From positions 15,343,973-15,400,545 of the forward strand of contig NC_069005.1 of NCBI RefSeq assembly GCF_001194135.2: a DNA stretch of 56,573 bases, written 5' to 3'. The notes under the pieces are model-generated. The model was given only the letters and a program-made list of their open reading frames with translations, made no database searches and had not been told where the DNA came from. Positions within the stretch are counted from its first letter, which is position 1. Every line of letters begins with the position of its first letter. Origin of the DNA: Octopus bimaculoides (Eukaryota). Made by a program: the position numbers and the translations under genes. Below are positions 37,660 through 49,807 of the stretch, one piece after another.

Positions 37660-39080
37660 CAGTCAATGTGTTGGCTGAATTGCCAGACCGTTCATTCATT
37701 TCCAAGGTGGAAAAACTCTTCCAGGCTACAAGGTCTCAAACGAACATGTGACTATTATGTTGGGCGGTAAATGTGCTGGAGAGTTTAAGTTAACGCCATT
37801 GTTTATGTATTATGCACACAACTCCCGTGCCCTGAAGAACATACCCAAGGCATCTCTCCCTGTTATATGGATAGCTAATTCAAAAGCATGGGTTACTGTT
37901 GTTCTTTTAGAAGATTGGTTCTTCAATCATTTTATCCCAACAGCAGAGAAGGAGTAGGGAATTCCTTTTAAGGTTTTATTTATCTTGGATAATGCTCCTG
38001 GCCACCCGCAAAACATCGTAGATTTTGACCACAACGTTACTGTCGTATACCTCCCTTCGAACACCACGTCTCTTCTGCAGCCAATTGGTCAGGGAATAAT
38101 TGCTATCTTCAAGCATTACAATATACAGCATACGCTGCGGCAAGCAATAGCTGCAACTGATCTTGATGAGTCCATCACACTTTGTGACTTTTGGAAGAAA
38201 TAAGATATCTACAAGGCTGTACAGAACATAGCAGTGGCATGAAATGATGTACAGAGCACGGCTATGAATGGTGTATGGAAGAAGCTTTGCCCGAAATTCG
38301 TGAATGATTTTAAGGGGTTTGATAATGTTGCCATCAACAAAACGTTGGTAACTATGAGCAAAGAACTGGAAATGGGGTTTGGAGGAAGAGGATTTCAGAA
38401 ATTTATTTGAAAAAGACAAGCAGCCACTGACGAACAAAGATTTGAGAGCTTCCTGTGCAGCAAAATAAAGAAGAAGAGGAAGTTGAAGTTGAGCCACGTC
38501 ACTTTACCATTAAGAAAATGCAGCAGAGCATTTGCATATATCGAAAAAGGTCTTTCTATGTTCAAGGATATGGATGCAAATGCTCAACGTTCTTCCAAGA
38601 TTATGAGGACTTGTCACGAAGCTTTTGCCCCTTATAATGTAACCCTTGAGGAAAAGAAGAAGACAGTTCAAGGAACTCAACCGGTTTTTTAAGCGCATCA
38701 AACAAGAACAGCCAGAGTCAGCTGTTGATGTTGACAATCCAGAGCCATCTACATCCGCCACGTAAACCACCAAATTGTATGTATGTACTGGTAAATTTTA
38801 AATAATTTAGCTTTTTCTACTATTGCAAAATAATAATAATTACTGAATTTGTTCTTTAAGCTTAAAAAGGGCTTTTATTTTACTGCCTTATTGCAAAACG
38901 CATTCATAAATAAAGCATCCGCAATATATGGTAAACATCGCCAAATTGTATTCGTAAATTCAGATTAATTTTTTTTTACTGTACTGTATTAAAAAATAAA
39001 AATTACTTGTTTTTAAGCATAAAATAGGTTTTCATTAACCATGTATTATTGAAAATGCATTCATAAATAAGGTGCAGAAC
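37660..39080 (+). mobile_element. pogo/Tigger (DDE_1) transposase remnant
   Basis: GEFKLTPL..NSRALK..LPVIW..NSKAWVT..FEDWF-like, LDNAPGHP, LPSNTTSLLQPIGQGII, WKKLCP. The 3' boundary is uncertain. Confidence 0.9.
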
Positions 39081-39129
39081 TGGGAATGATTGTCATTGGT
39101 TTAGCCTAGAGACAACTAAATTCAGCCTA

Positions 39130-40345
39130 AATTCAATAGGTTGACCGCTGAGTGTGCTGGCACCATTGTGTACTCTCAGCAGTCAACCTATTGACTGACT
39201 GTATAACAGCGTCCAACATCCAATGCTTCGGACTTACCGCAGCTGATATCCACCAACTTTTGTCCACCATCGTGGACAACACCTACTTCTCTTTCCAGGA
39301 CCATATATACAAACAGACTACAGGTCTCCCCATGGGATCCAGTCTCTCGGGCCTACTAGCCATCACCTATATGAACCATCTGGAACGTCGAGCACTCAAC
39401 ATCTGCCGCTCAATGGCCTTCTTCACCAGGTACGTAGATGACATCCTCATACTAACATGCTCCTGTAAAGAGGCTGACTGAATACTTACAACGTTCAACA
39501 ACATAGACACGAACATAAAGTTCACTATAGAACATCTCGACAACACTGGATCACTGTCGCTACTTGACTTCCAACTGAAAATAACGGAAGAAGGAGAGAT
39601 CAATACCGAGTTCTACAGGAAAGCAGCCAGTAGAGATATGTTTGTCAACTACAGTTCAGCTCATCCATTCGGTGCCAAATTAGGATATGCCAGAAATGAA
39701 CTTGCATGCATCCAGAGCAAATGCAGCGGGACAGAGGACAAGGTGACCCACACTACACGTTTCCTAGCAATATTAATAACCAACGGGTACCCTATATCCA
39801 TTATAAATCGGCTTAAGTATCCAAAACGAACAACACGCTGAACACAAAGAAAACCCAGCAACACATGCTTCCTTAAAATACCCCATTTTAGCGAGAGGAT
39901 AACTACAGCCATCCAAAGAGCCATAAGAAGAGAAAGCTAGACATACAACTAGCCCACTCTGGCCCCTCTCCGAGAGGACACCTCGCAAAGAAACGAATGA
40001 GGGACAATAATCAATGCACATTAACAAATTGTCCCATCTGTGACACAGACTTATGCCAACGGGTATAAGTCGTGTATAGAATACAATGTAACAAATGCAA
40101 CAGGTTCTATGTGGGAAGCACAACAAGACTGTTACACGTCCGTATTAAAGAACATCAGAACACGAGAGACTCCACCTTCAGAAAACATCTAGATAGATGC
40201 CGGAACACTGACAAAAACATAACAGTCACAATTGAGGCCAATGAAAGAAATTTGGGTAATTTAAGAATTAAGGAAGTTATACTCATACACAGACTAGGAC
40301 CCCAAATTAACAACAGGCTGCAGGTTGGTAATCAATATATTATTT
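39130..40345 (+). mobile_element. Penelope-like element (RT plus GIY-YIG), decayed
   Basis: YKQTTGLPMGSSLS, RYVDDIL, NIKFTIE, LSLLDF, FYRK, SAHP, and VVYRIQC..C...YVGST.R.L..RIKEH. Confidence 0.93.
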
Positions 40346-40645
40346 AGCTACATCTGAATGTGTGTAGGTTCATTCTTAATAACATGCTCATGTATTGTTT
40401 ATAACAAAAAAAAAAAAGAGGAAAAAGAAGGGGAAAAAATGAGAAGCTGCATGTATAACACATAACTTAGAAGCAGTGCTACAGATGTACCAACACACAC
40501 GAGATTGAGACATAGCCGACCTCACACTCTTCTCATGAGGAATTCCGGAAGGAGCTTCGGGAGACCACTACTGAGACGCTTCCGAAAAAAAAAAAAAAGA
40601 AAAGCCATTGGAAAATTGTTTATAGCAGAGACTCCATCTAAGAAT

Positions 40646-40676
40646 ATCTGAAGAAGGAATTGCATTCCGAAATATC
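40646..40676 (+). ncRNA. Minimal hammerhead motif downstream of the PLE ORF
   Basis: AT-CTGAAGA-a-GGAAT-tgc-ATTCC-GAA-ATAT-C-AT. Helix I is only about 2 bp. Confidence 0.6.
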
Positions 40677-41084
40677 ATCAGACGATAGATAACTAAATTA
40701 CAACAGGTATATAGTCCTATATTTAACTGTCAAATTCAAGTTAAATAAGTAAATTACCTTACACATCTTCAGAGTAAAAGGTAAAGAGCAAAAGGTAAAC
40801 ATCAAAACCATCGTCTCTAAGTCTGGTTCATATTCAAATTTCTCCTTAAATAGAGGTCCGTCAAAGGGAGAAAACTCCTCATAATATTATTAATTAATTA
40901 TAAACAATCACATATTACAAATATTGATTCCTGGAAATATTATATTATCTCTAGAAACTTTAGCAAATAATCACAAATACAAATACAATTGCTATTGGTA
41001 AATTATACATTGATATGGCCTGCCTTAAGACCTAATATTATACTATAATATGCTATAATACCCGATCATACTGAAATTTATAAC

Positions 41085-41399
41085 TCATTTAAACCAGAGA
41101 AATGTGTGTTTCGGATAATGGGTACATCTGAAAGTATTATGTGTAAGTTTATTTATCAACTTACCCTTAGAGAATAATATAAAATATAATTCTAGATTAC
41201 ACAGCGAGCAATACCTCTTACCTTTGTCATAAGGGAAAGATCTCCCAATAATTGACCATTCTAGCGAATATTGCTTCTTTTGTTCCTTCAGTTCCCAAAT
41301 GAATTTACTAAGACTAGTACTTGCTATTTTATTTCTATCTCTGAAGGTACTATAATGATTAGATAATCTTCTATAGATTTGTCCCGAAGAACACCCCAA
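41085..41399 (-). mobile_element. Penelope-like GIY-YIG C-terminal fragment
   Basis: RRLSNHYSTFRDRNKIASTSLSKFIWELKE...WSIIG...YCSLCNLE. Paralogous to 13265-13720. Confidence 0.8.
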
Positions 41400-41612
41400 G
41401 TATCAGCTAACCCTAACCCTTACCTTACATTGATAAACTACATTTCTCACTCTCACATTAGGGCCTTCAAACTTCAATCTTCTGGGGTTAACCTCTATTA
41501 CTGTAATCATATTATGATTATTATTACTATTATTGTTATTATTATTTATATCAGGGTTCACATATATATATATATATATATCAGGGTATATTATTTATAT
41601 CAGGGTTCACAT

Positions 41613-41644
<32 letters not shown>

Positions 41645-41831
41645 GATGGGCTTCTTTCAGTTTCCGTCTACCAAATCCACTCAGAAGGATTTGGTCAGCC
41701 CAAAGCTATAGTAGAAAACACTTACCCAAGGTGCCATGCAATAGGACTGAACCTGGAACCATGTGGTTCATAAGCAAGCTACTTACCACACAGCCACTCC
41801 TACACCTATATATATAAATGTTACATACATA

Positions 41832-41870
<39 letters not shown>

Positions 41871-42559
41871 TTATATATAAAAAAGAATGAGATAAAGAGA
41901 CCAATGGCATAAGTAAATATAAATTTACTTATGCCATTGGTCTCTTTATCTCATTCTTTTTTATATATACACACTCTAATACACGACCCATGTTATACTC
42001 CCCACTCATGTTGCAACCACGTCAGGGGCAAAACTAGTCAGTATACAGCACTTACTCAGTATTATCTGTATCATTAGGGTCTGGTTGACTCCATTGCCCT
42101 TCATGTATGTATATATATATATGAGCAACACACACACGCACATACACACATGTACGTATGTACACCAATTGCATACATATTTTTTGTATGCATACATGTT
42201 CGTATGTGTGTGTGTGTTGCTCGTATGTCAACAAAACACTTTTTTTCCTTGATGGAAAAAAAAAACAACAAAAGTCTTAACAAAGACTTACTCGTCGCTA
42301 GAAGGGGACTTAACTCCTGTTGTAAACAATGGTGGATTTCTCTGACTTAAAAACTGCTAAAAGTTTTGGTTGAAAATTTATTTTAACTACTATTTGCTGA
42401 TGCCTCTGGGGAAAATAAGTTGACGAAAATACAGCTAGGGTCATGACGAACGTCCTCTTAAAGTTGGAGCGACATGCATGCTAATTTGTGGACGTGCATA
42501 AATTATATTCACGTATACACACACACACATATCCTGCCTTTTATATATACTGATATTAA

Positions 42560-43525
42560 GGACCCTTAAGGAGAAATACTTCCCTGAGGAAAAACACTAC
42601 TCCTCTCCAAAGAAAAAATATACAAATGCAGTGCTTTGTTCAGATGTTATCTGCAAGGCAGCAGCTGAGCAAAAATCTTTTTTGTGCATGGCTCAAAAAA
42701 TAGTGCAGCAGCTGACCTGGCTACATCAAGTGCAAACAAAGAACCTTGCACACCACTGTGCAAGACCACCATAATCAACAGACACAGGATGGCCTCCCCT
42801 AATGCCTGAACAGTTGTCACGCCAATATTTTTACTAAATATTAGGGGCCTGTTGCATCACAACAACAAAAGCAAAATTTTTTTTCCTGAGAGACTTTACT
42901 GCATGCAATCAAGCCCTATGTACAGCACTCATGGAAACTCATCTGAGCCCTGATATAGAGGATGCAGAAGTACACATACCAAAATATGCCATACTGTGAA
43001 AAGACAGAAGGGAAAGGAGCCATAGTGGAGTTGCTGTATACATCCGTGAAGACCTCACACCCCAGGTCTTACTGTCATACTCAAATTCAGTATGTGACAC
43101 TCTAATTTTATTCATAAGACAACACAATATAGTCATATGCAATACATATTGCCCACCAGATGCTCCAAACTCAACTACTGGTCCTGATGGTTTCCCAGCA
43201 ATCCTCCTCAAATCATTTAAGTGTGCCCTGGCAAAACCCCTACAGATTCTCTTCCAGAGGTTTCTTGTAAATGGCAGACTGCCAAGCAAATTAAAGGAGG
43301 GAATAATATGCCCAGTCCATAAAGGGGAACGCAGAGCAGGTGCCAAAGACTATAGGCCTATCTCTCTGACTTCACACATCAGCAAATTCATGGAACGGAT
43401 AGTCAGAGGGAAACTAATTGCAATTCTGAAGAAAACGACTTGCTTAGAAATACCCAGCATGGCTTTCGACAAGGTAGGAGCTGCCTGACCCAGCTCTTAC
43501 AGCACTATGACTGGATGTTTGCAAA
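42560..43525 (+). mobile_element. CR1/L2-like LINE remnant (endonuclease start and RT N-terminus)
   Basis: LLNIRGL, GVAVYI, GPDGFPAILLK, DYRPISLTSHISKFMER and QHGFRQGRSCLTQLL. Confidence 0.85.
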
Positions 43526-44015
43526 GTCAAGGTATATTATGTCCACATTTGAGTTGTTGAGTAACTGCCTCAACACCCAGGCTGTAGTTTCTGGCTTGGA
43601 ATTTCTGGAACCACTGTTGACACTGGCTTACACTAAATGCCTGATCCCCATATACTGCATAAAAATTCCTTGCACTTTCTGTTGCTTTGTTGCCTTTATT
43701 GAACTTATAAAGCAAAATATACCGAATATGCTCCTTTGCCAGTTCCATTATAGTTACAGGGAGCAAGGTCTGGATTGTAGAGAGAGTGAGGGACAGTTTT
43801 GACAGCCTATCTCTGTCATGTAGTTGGTTACCAGGATGGATTTGTAAACTGGTGCAGGTGCTCTGGCCTTTGGCAATGAAATCTTTTCCTGAATCCACTC
43901 AAAACCACCACAATGTACACTTTGTTGGCCAACTGGCTAGAGGGAACCCAGTGGATGTAGGTGATGCCTTTGCTGTTGAAGAAGGGGATCATTATGAGCT
44001 TCTTGGTGGATGTGT
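43525..44015 (-). mobile_element. Two abutting mariner fragments (catalytic-region piece, then an HTH piece)
   Basis: A frameshifted PH..Y.PDLAPCNY region followed by MELAKEHIRYILLYKFNKG..QWFQKF. Confidence 0.8.
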
Positions 44016-44258
44016 TTCATGCGCGCACACACACACACACACACACATACATTATCAGTAAATCATAAATCTGAAAGAGAAGCACACACTAAGAGCAGTA
44101 GAGTAGTTAAAGAACGTTAGTTATGGCTGGCTCACAGGGTTTTGAAGAGAGGTTATAGGTCACTGGCCATTAGGGTCTGACAAGATGTGTATAAAGCTAA
44201 GCGCTTTATGGATGTGAAACCCTAGATAGCCTTATGAACTGGTCATAACTAACATTCA

Positions 44259-44343
44259 GCCTACATGTTTCCTAGCTAGCAGAACCTTGGAAGTAGTAAT
44301 TACTCAACAAGCAATAAATACTCTGCTAGCTACTCATCAGGCC
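44259..44343 (-). ncRNA. Hammerhead motif with long helix II
   Basis: CTGATGA-g-TAGCTAGCAGAG...TTCTGCTAGCTA-g-GAA-ACATGT-A-GGC. G.G at the closing pair and a mismatch in helix I. Confidence 0.65.
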
Positions 44344-47079
44344 AAAGATACCTGAGTCAAATGAAGGTTACATTGACATCAAGGGATCCCATCAAGAGAT
44401 CACAGGAGATTTGATTGAACATCGCATGCGCAACAACCCCAGTTGCTAACTGTGAACTACAAAATAACTTTTTTCAGCTCATTGAACTTCAATATAGGAA
44501 AAATTTACAACCTTCTACATCAATAAACCACTATTGTTCCTGAAAATTGGATTTTATACCTGTTATGGACTGCTTGAAGCTTACTAACTCCCTACACCTG
44601 GATCCCTGGATTTTAGCTTTACATATAATTTTATATTAGTGCATCATATGTGATACACAGGACACTTGGCTGAACATCTATGGTCCCAAAGTAAAAGAAT
44701 ATTACTCACCAACTAATGTAATACAAGCACATATTATCCGCCAACTAAACCAAATAAACCACCAATAACTAAAAGTCTGAAAGTCAGCACAAATGATTAG
44801 GACAAACTTAATTTCGACAGGTGAAATATCAACCCTGTTTACAGGCACTTTACCATAATCATGTCCTCACCAGAAATTTTTTCTTACATTTAACAGATGT
44901 GCTATATTTGGAAGACATTTGGCTTTATGGCTAAGAAGCTCATTTCATAACCATGTGATTTTGGGTTCAGTCCCACTGTGTGGCACCCTGGGCAAGTATA
45001 TTCTACTATAACTTTGTGCTGACAAATAATGTCTTGTGATCAATGGAATTTGGTAGATGGAAGCTGTATGTTTGTGTGTGCGTGTACTTGCATGCTTGTG
45101 TTTGTATGTGTACTTCTGTGCTTTTGTGCACGCATATGTGTATGAAGGTGCATGGCTCACGATCATGAGGTAGTGAGTTTGATTCCTGGACTGGACTCTG
45201 TAATGTGTTCTTGAGTATGACACTTCATTTCATGTTGCTCCAGTTCCAGTAGAAATGAGTTGTGATGTCACTGGTGCCACCTGTATCGGCTTTTGTCTTT
45301 TCTTTGGATAACATGGTGTGGAGAGGGGAGGCTGGTATGCATGGGTGACTGCTGCTCTTCTATAAACAACCTTGCCTAGATCTGTGCCTCAGAGGGGAAC
45401 TTTCCAAGTGGAGTAGTATTTCCCCATGGCCAGATATACTCTCACAGTATATTGGTAATGAATAAATCACATGATGTCAGGAAAAGACATACACACAATG
45501 GGTTTATTTCAGTTTCCATCTATCAAATCCACTCAAAAGGCTTAGGCTGTCTTGACAATATAATAGAAAACACTTGCCCTCAAGGTGCCATGCACCTTAC
45601 CATGCAGTAGGACTGAAACCAGAACCATGTGGTTGGGAAGCAAACCTCTTACCTCACAGCCATGCCTGTCTTCATATATTTATTACAATGCTACTTTATT
45701 ACACTACATTCTGCATAACCAGATCTTAAGACACAAATGCTAGGAAATCAATTCACTGGTGAACTGACATGGTGAATAAACAAAGCAGACAGTCAATAGG
45801 GTAAAAACAAGTCTTATCGGTAGCAATCCAGTAATGGATTAGAGATATTTAGCTATCAATTTCCATTAAATCAAAAGTGAGGTTTCTCAGGTTATGGACA
45901 ATATTAGTGGCAAAGTTACATAATATCTAAAGTTTATGGAGGGGGACAAAATAGGGTTGATGAGGTGTATCGAAGAGCTGACAATAAAATAGGACTCACT
46001 TATGGTTAATAAATCATCTGCAATGTGAGCTGTGTCATATTTTCAAACACATGAAAGTTTTCCTTCTTCCTCTTTCTGAATAATAACATAGATATATACA
46101 TTTATCATCATCATTGTTTAGCGTCCCCATGCAGGGAGCTGTCCAGATTCCAACTGTCTGTTGTAGTATGGTTTCTACAGTTGGATATGATGATGATGAT
46201 GATGATATATATATACACACACACACACATGACAGGCTTCTTTCAGTTTCTGTCTACCAAATCCACTCACAAGATTTTGGTTGGCCTGAGGCTACAGTAG
46301 AAGACAGTTGCCCAAAGTTCCACGCAGTGGGGCTGAACCCAGAATCATGTGGTTGGGAAGCAAGCTTCTTATCACACAGCCATGGCTGCACCTAAATGTG
46401 AAGGTGGATAAAATGCTGCTAAAATGCATTTTGCTCAGCATGCAAACAATTACATGTGTATATATATATATATAAATGAGGTATCTTTTGACAGGTCATC
46501 TGATGAGATGCATCTGTACCTCTGATGCACCACAACTGTTTCTACAGCGCTTCACCTGTGAGGTACTGGTGCCTGATGGGAGTCTCATGGGTTCCATTTG
46601 TATTCTCTCGTAGTTTTATAGATTCTACAAGAGAATTCCTGAAGTAAACTTGGACTAGAGGATAGGCATAGACCTCCATACTGGTGATGACATCAGGAAG
46701 CCGAATACTGTGAAAGGGCTTTGAACAACATACAAGGTCATCATCATCGTTGTTTAATGTCTGTTTTCCATGCTAGCATGGGTTGGATGGTTCAACCGGG
46801 GTCCAGGAAGCCAGGAAGCTGCACCAGGCTCCAGTCTGATCTGGCAGAGTTTCTACAGCTGGATGCCCTTCCTAATGCCAACCACTCCGTGAGTGTAGTG
46901 GGTGCTTTTTATTTGCCACTGGCACAGAGGCCAGAGGAGGCTGGCAACGCCCATGATCGGTTGGTGCTTTTTACATGCCACTGGCATGGAAGCCAGTCAA
47001 ATTGGCTCTGGCATCAGCCACGTACGGATGGTGCTTTTTATGAGCCGCTTTTCTACAGATCGAGCAGGGCCACCTACCT

Positions 47080-48310
47080 GATGGGATTGTTCACCTTCTT
47101 ACTTACTTGAACTTTGGTCTTTGCTATATTGACTCTAAGGCCTTTTGATTCAAAACCTTGCTTCCACACCCGAAATTTCTTTCCTAGTTCTGGTAGTGAT
47201 TCTGCTATGAGGGCCAGGTCATCAGCGTAGAGGAGCTTCCAGGGGCAACCTGTCTTGAATTCCTCTGTTACTGCCTGGAGGACTATGATGAATAAAAGGG
47301 GATTGAGGGCTGAACCTTGGTGGACCCCTACTTCTACCCGGAATTCTTCACTATACTCATTGCCAATCCTAACCTTACTAACAGCCTCTCTGCATAGGGC
47401 CTGTACAGCCCTTATTAACCATTCGTCAATCCTTAGTTTCCGCATCACTCACCAGATAAGGGATCAAGGGACCCTGTCAAAATCTTTCTCCAAGTCCACA
47501 AAAGCTAAGTATAGGGGTTCATTTTTAGCTAGGTATTTCAACTGTTGTCGAACCAGGAATATGGCACAAAACCCAAACTGCATCTCATCTAAGCAGACTC
47601 TCTCCCTAATGAGATGGGCTATGACCCTCTCCGTGACCTTCATCACCTGATCCAGCAGTTTGATACCCCTGTAGTTATTTCTATCTAAAACATCACCTTT
47701 ACCTTTGTAGCAGTTGACTATTGTGTTGCTACGCCAGTCATTGGGTATGACTCCATCATGAATTACGTGGTTTACAATGTGGGTGACTAGGCCATAGCCC
47801 ACACCACCAGATGTTTTAAGCATCTCAGCAGTGATTCCTGATGGGCTGGGGGCTTTTCCTGGTTTCATACCCTTAATTGCTTTATCTACCAGGGTGCTAT
47901 CTATTCAGGTAGCTGGTCCCTCTACTGGGTCAACATTTGGCAGGCTCTCCTCCTCCTATTCATTCTTCACATTCAGCAGTCTTTCATAATGGCTTCTCCA
48001 AGCCTCTTTCTTTTTCTGAATCATTAAAAGCAAGTGCACCATCATCCATGCAGACACATTTCTCTCCTGTGACATCACAATTTTCTCTCAGACACTGTCT
48101 TGCAATCTGAAATACCTCAGTTCTATGGTTCTCACATCGCTGGACATTGGCAAACTTCTTCTTTTCTGCTTCGCCCTTGGCTATATATACCTGTTGCCCA
48201 GCCTCCCTTCTGGCTATCTGGTACAGTTCCCTGCTACCTCCACTCTTCCAGGTTTTCCAGGCCTGTTTCTTTACTCTCATGGCTTTGTCTACTGTACTAT
48301 TCCACCACCT
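47080..48310 (-). mobile_element. RTE-like LINE RT remnant
   Basis: KPGKAPSPSGITAEMLK, NYRGIKLL, EMQFGF, AFVDLEK, GVHQGSAL.PLLF, LLYADDL and GLRVN..KTK. Confidence 0.93.
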
Positions 48311-48438
48311 ATTATATATACATATATATATATAACCAGTTGTTAAGTATCTCATCTATGACGGATCAATGCTAGATGTGTTGAAATAATTGTAGTGAGT
48401 AATAAAAATTCTTGTATCTTCCATCTTTCATTTGCTAC

Positions 48439-48471
<33 letters not shown>

Positions 48472-48479
48472 TACAAGAG

Positions 48480-49190
48480 TTACGGAATGGTTTTTGCTCT
48501 GGGCTTAGTTGAGAGAGGAATGTCCTACATAGGTATGTATTCAATTGTGTGCTTATATCCGGCATGTTGTAGAGCACAGTTGTAGTATTCAGCATATTGA
48601 TCAAATAAATCTTGAAGAGCAGATAATGAGGACATCTGGTAGGACACACTTTCTACAATAGACTTTAAGACAGAGTTGGGGTGGTTGGAGAAGTTCACAT
48701 AATGGAGGTTTACCCAGACTTGTGATATGGTTAGAAGGTTTCGGTTTGTAAGTCCAGAGCAACATCTGAGAAATTAGCGGTTTTGACAGTGTTGCAGAAA
48801 ACGATGTTTTTAAAGAAGCTTCTTAATCTTTTTTTTTAGTTTGTTTGATTATCCAGTCACTAGAATTTTGGATAGCAAACAGAACATCATCTCTGAATAG
48901 ACCACCAGAGATGTTGGGAAATTGTATCTTTGCAGGCCCAGGATTTCCCATCGAAAGATATGATATTTAGGTGGGCTGCTAATATAATATCAATATTGTT
49001 GCGAGCTAGATTGGAATGTTCTTTGGTGAAAATTAAGGCCTTATTAAGAAGAAAAGGACAAAATGCTGGGGTAGTATTGATCAATGTCGACTTGTATTAA
49101 TTTAAAGAAGTGCTTAGGGCAGAGAGAGTTGAACCAATGGATAGCTTCAGTAGTTCTGGTCCGGAGTTTTAGTGAAGACAATCATTAACA
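48480..49190 (-). mobile_element. Penelope-like RT remnant of a different subgroup from 39130-40345
   Basis: IHWFNSL, VDIDQYYPSI, LLNKAL.F, GLFRDD, ANFSDVALDL, SNHP and AL..AGY, read across frameshifts. Confidence 0.75.
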
Positions 49191-49549
49191 GAAAAACTAA
49201 GATTTCAATGGTTAAAATAAAGATACACACACACACACACACACACAAGGGAATTTCAAATTCAGACACATACTTTTTAAGCACTCTATGGTAATCCAAA
49301 TTTGGCTAACTAGAACAACTGTTGAGAAACATTAGGATCCATGGAGATGAGTGGGTGTACCTTGTGAATGATATGCTGGCATTTATCTTATAGTTCTATG
49401 TAATAACTAATTGATTTAATATGAATTTATTAACATGCAAAATAATCACATTTAAGTATTAAGCAACACTAGCATATCAGAAACTTACATTGGCAATATA
49501 TGCAATAAATTATCAATTAAAATGTGTAATTCTCCATTCTTCTTTTTGT

Positions 49550-49619
<70 letters not shown>

Positions 49620-49622
<3 letters not shown>

Positions 49623-49807
49623 TGTTTGATGTACACAATGTATAGTTATGAGCTACTAATAGTTTCATATATTGGAGATGTTATCTAGGCAGGTTTTATT
49701 AACACACCTAATATCTCCAAGCAATCTTCAGGCTCTGCCTAGATAACATCACCAATGTATGAAACTGTCAGTAGCTCATAACTATATATTGTGTACATTA
49801 AACAATA
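49620..49807. repeat. Fold-back element with 73-bp arms (about 6 mismatches) and a 42-bp spacer
   Basis: Arms at 49620-49692 and 49735-49807, compared by eye. Confidence 0.9.

Noticed and set aside
41085-49190. PLE RT (48.5-49.2 kb) and GIY-YIG (41.1-41.4 kb) as one split element
   Set aside because: They share a strand and probably a subgroup, but the connecting region is missing and no TSD chain links the 7 kb of intervening elements.
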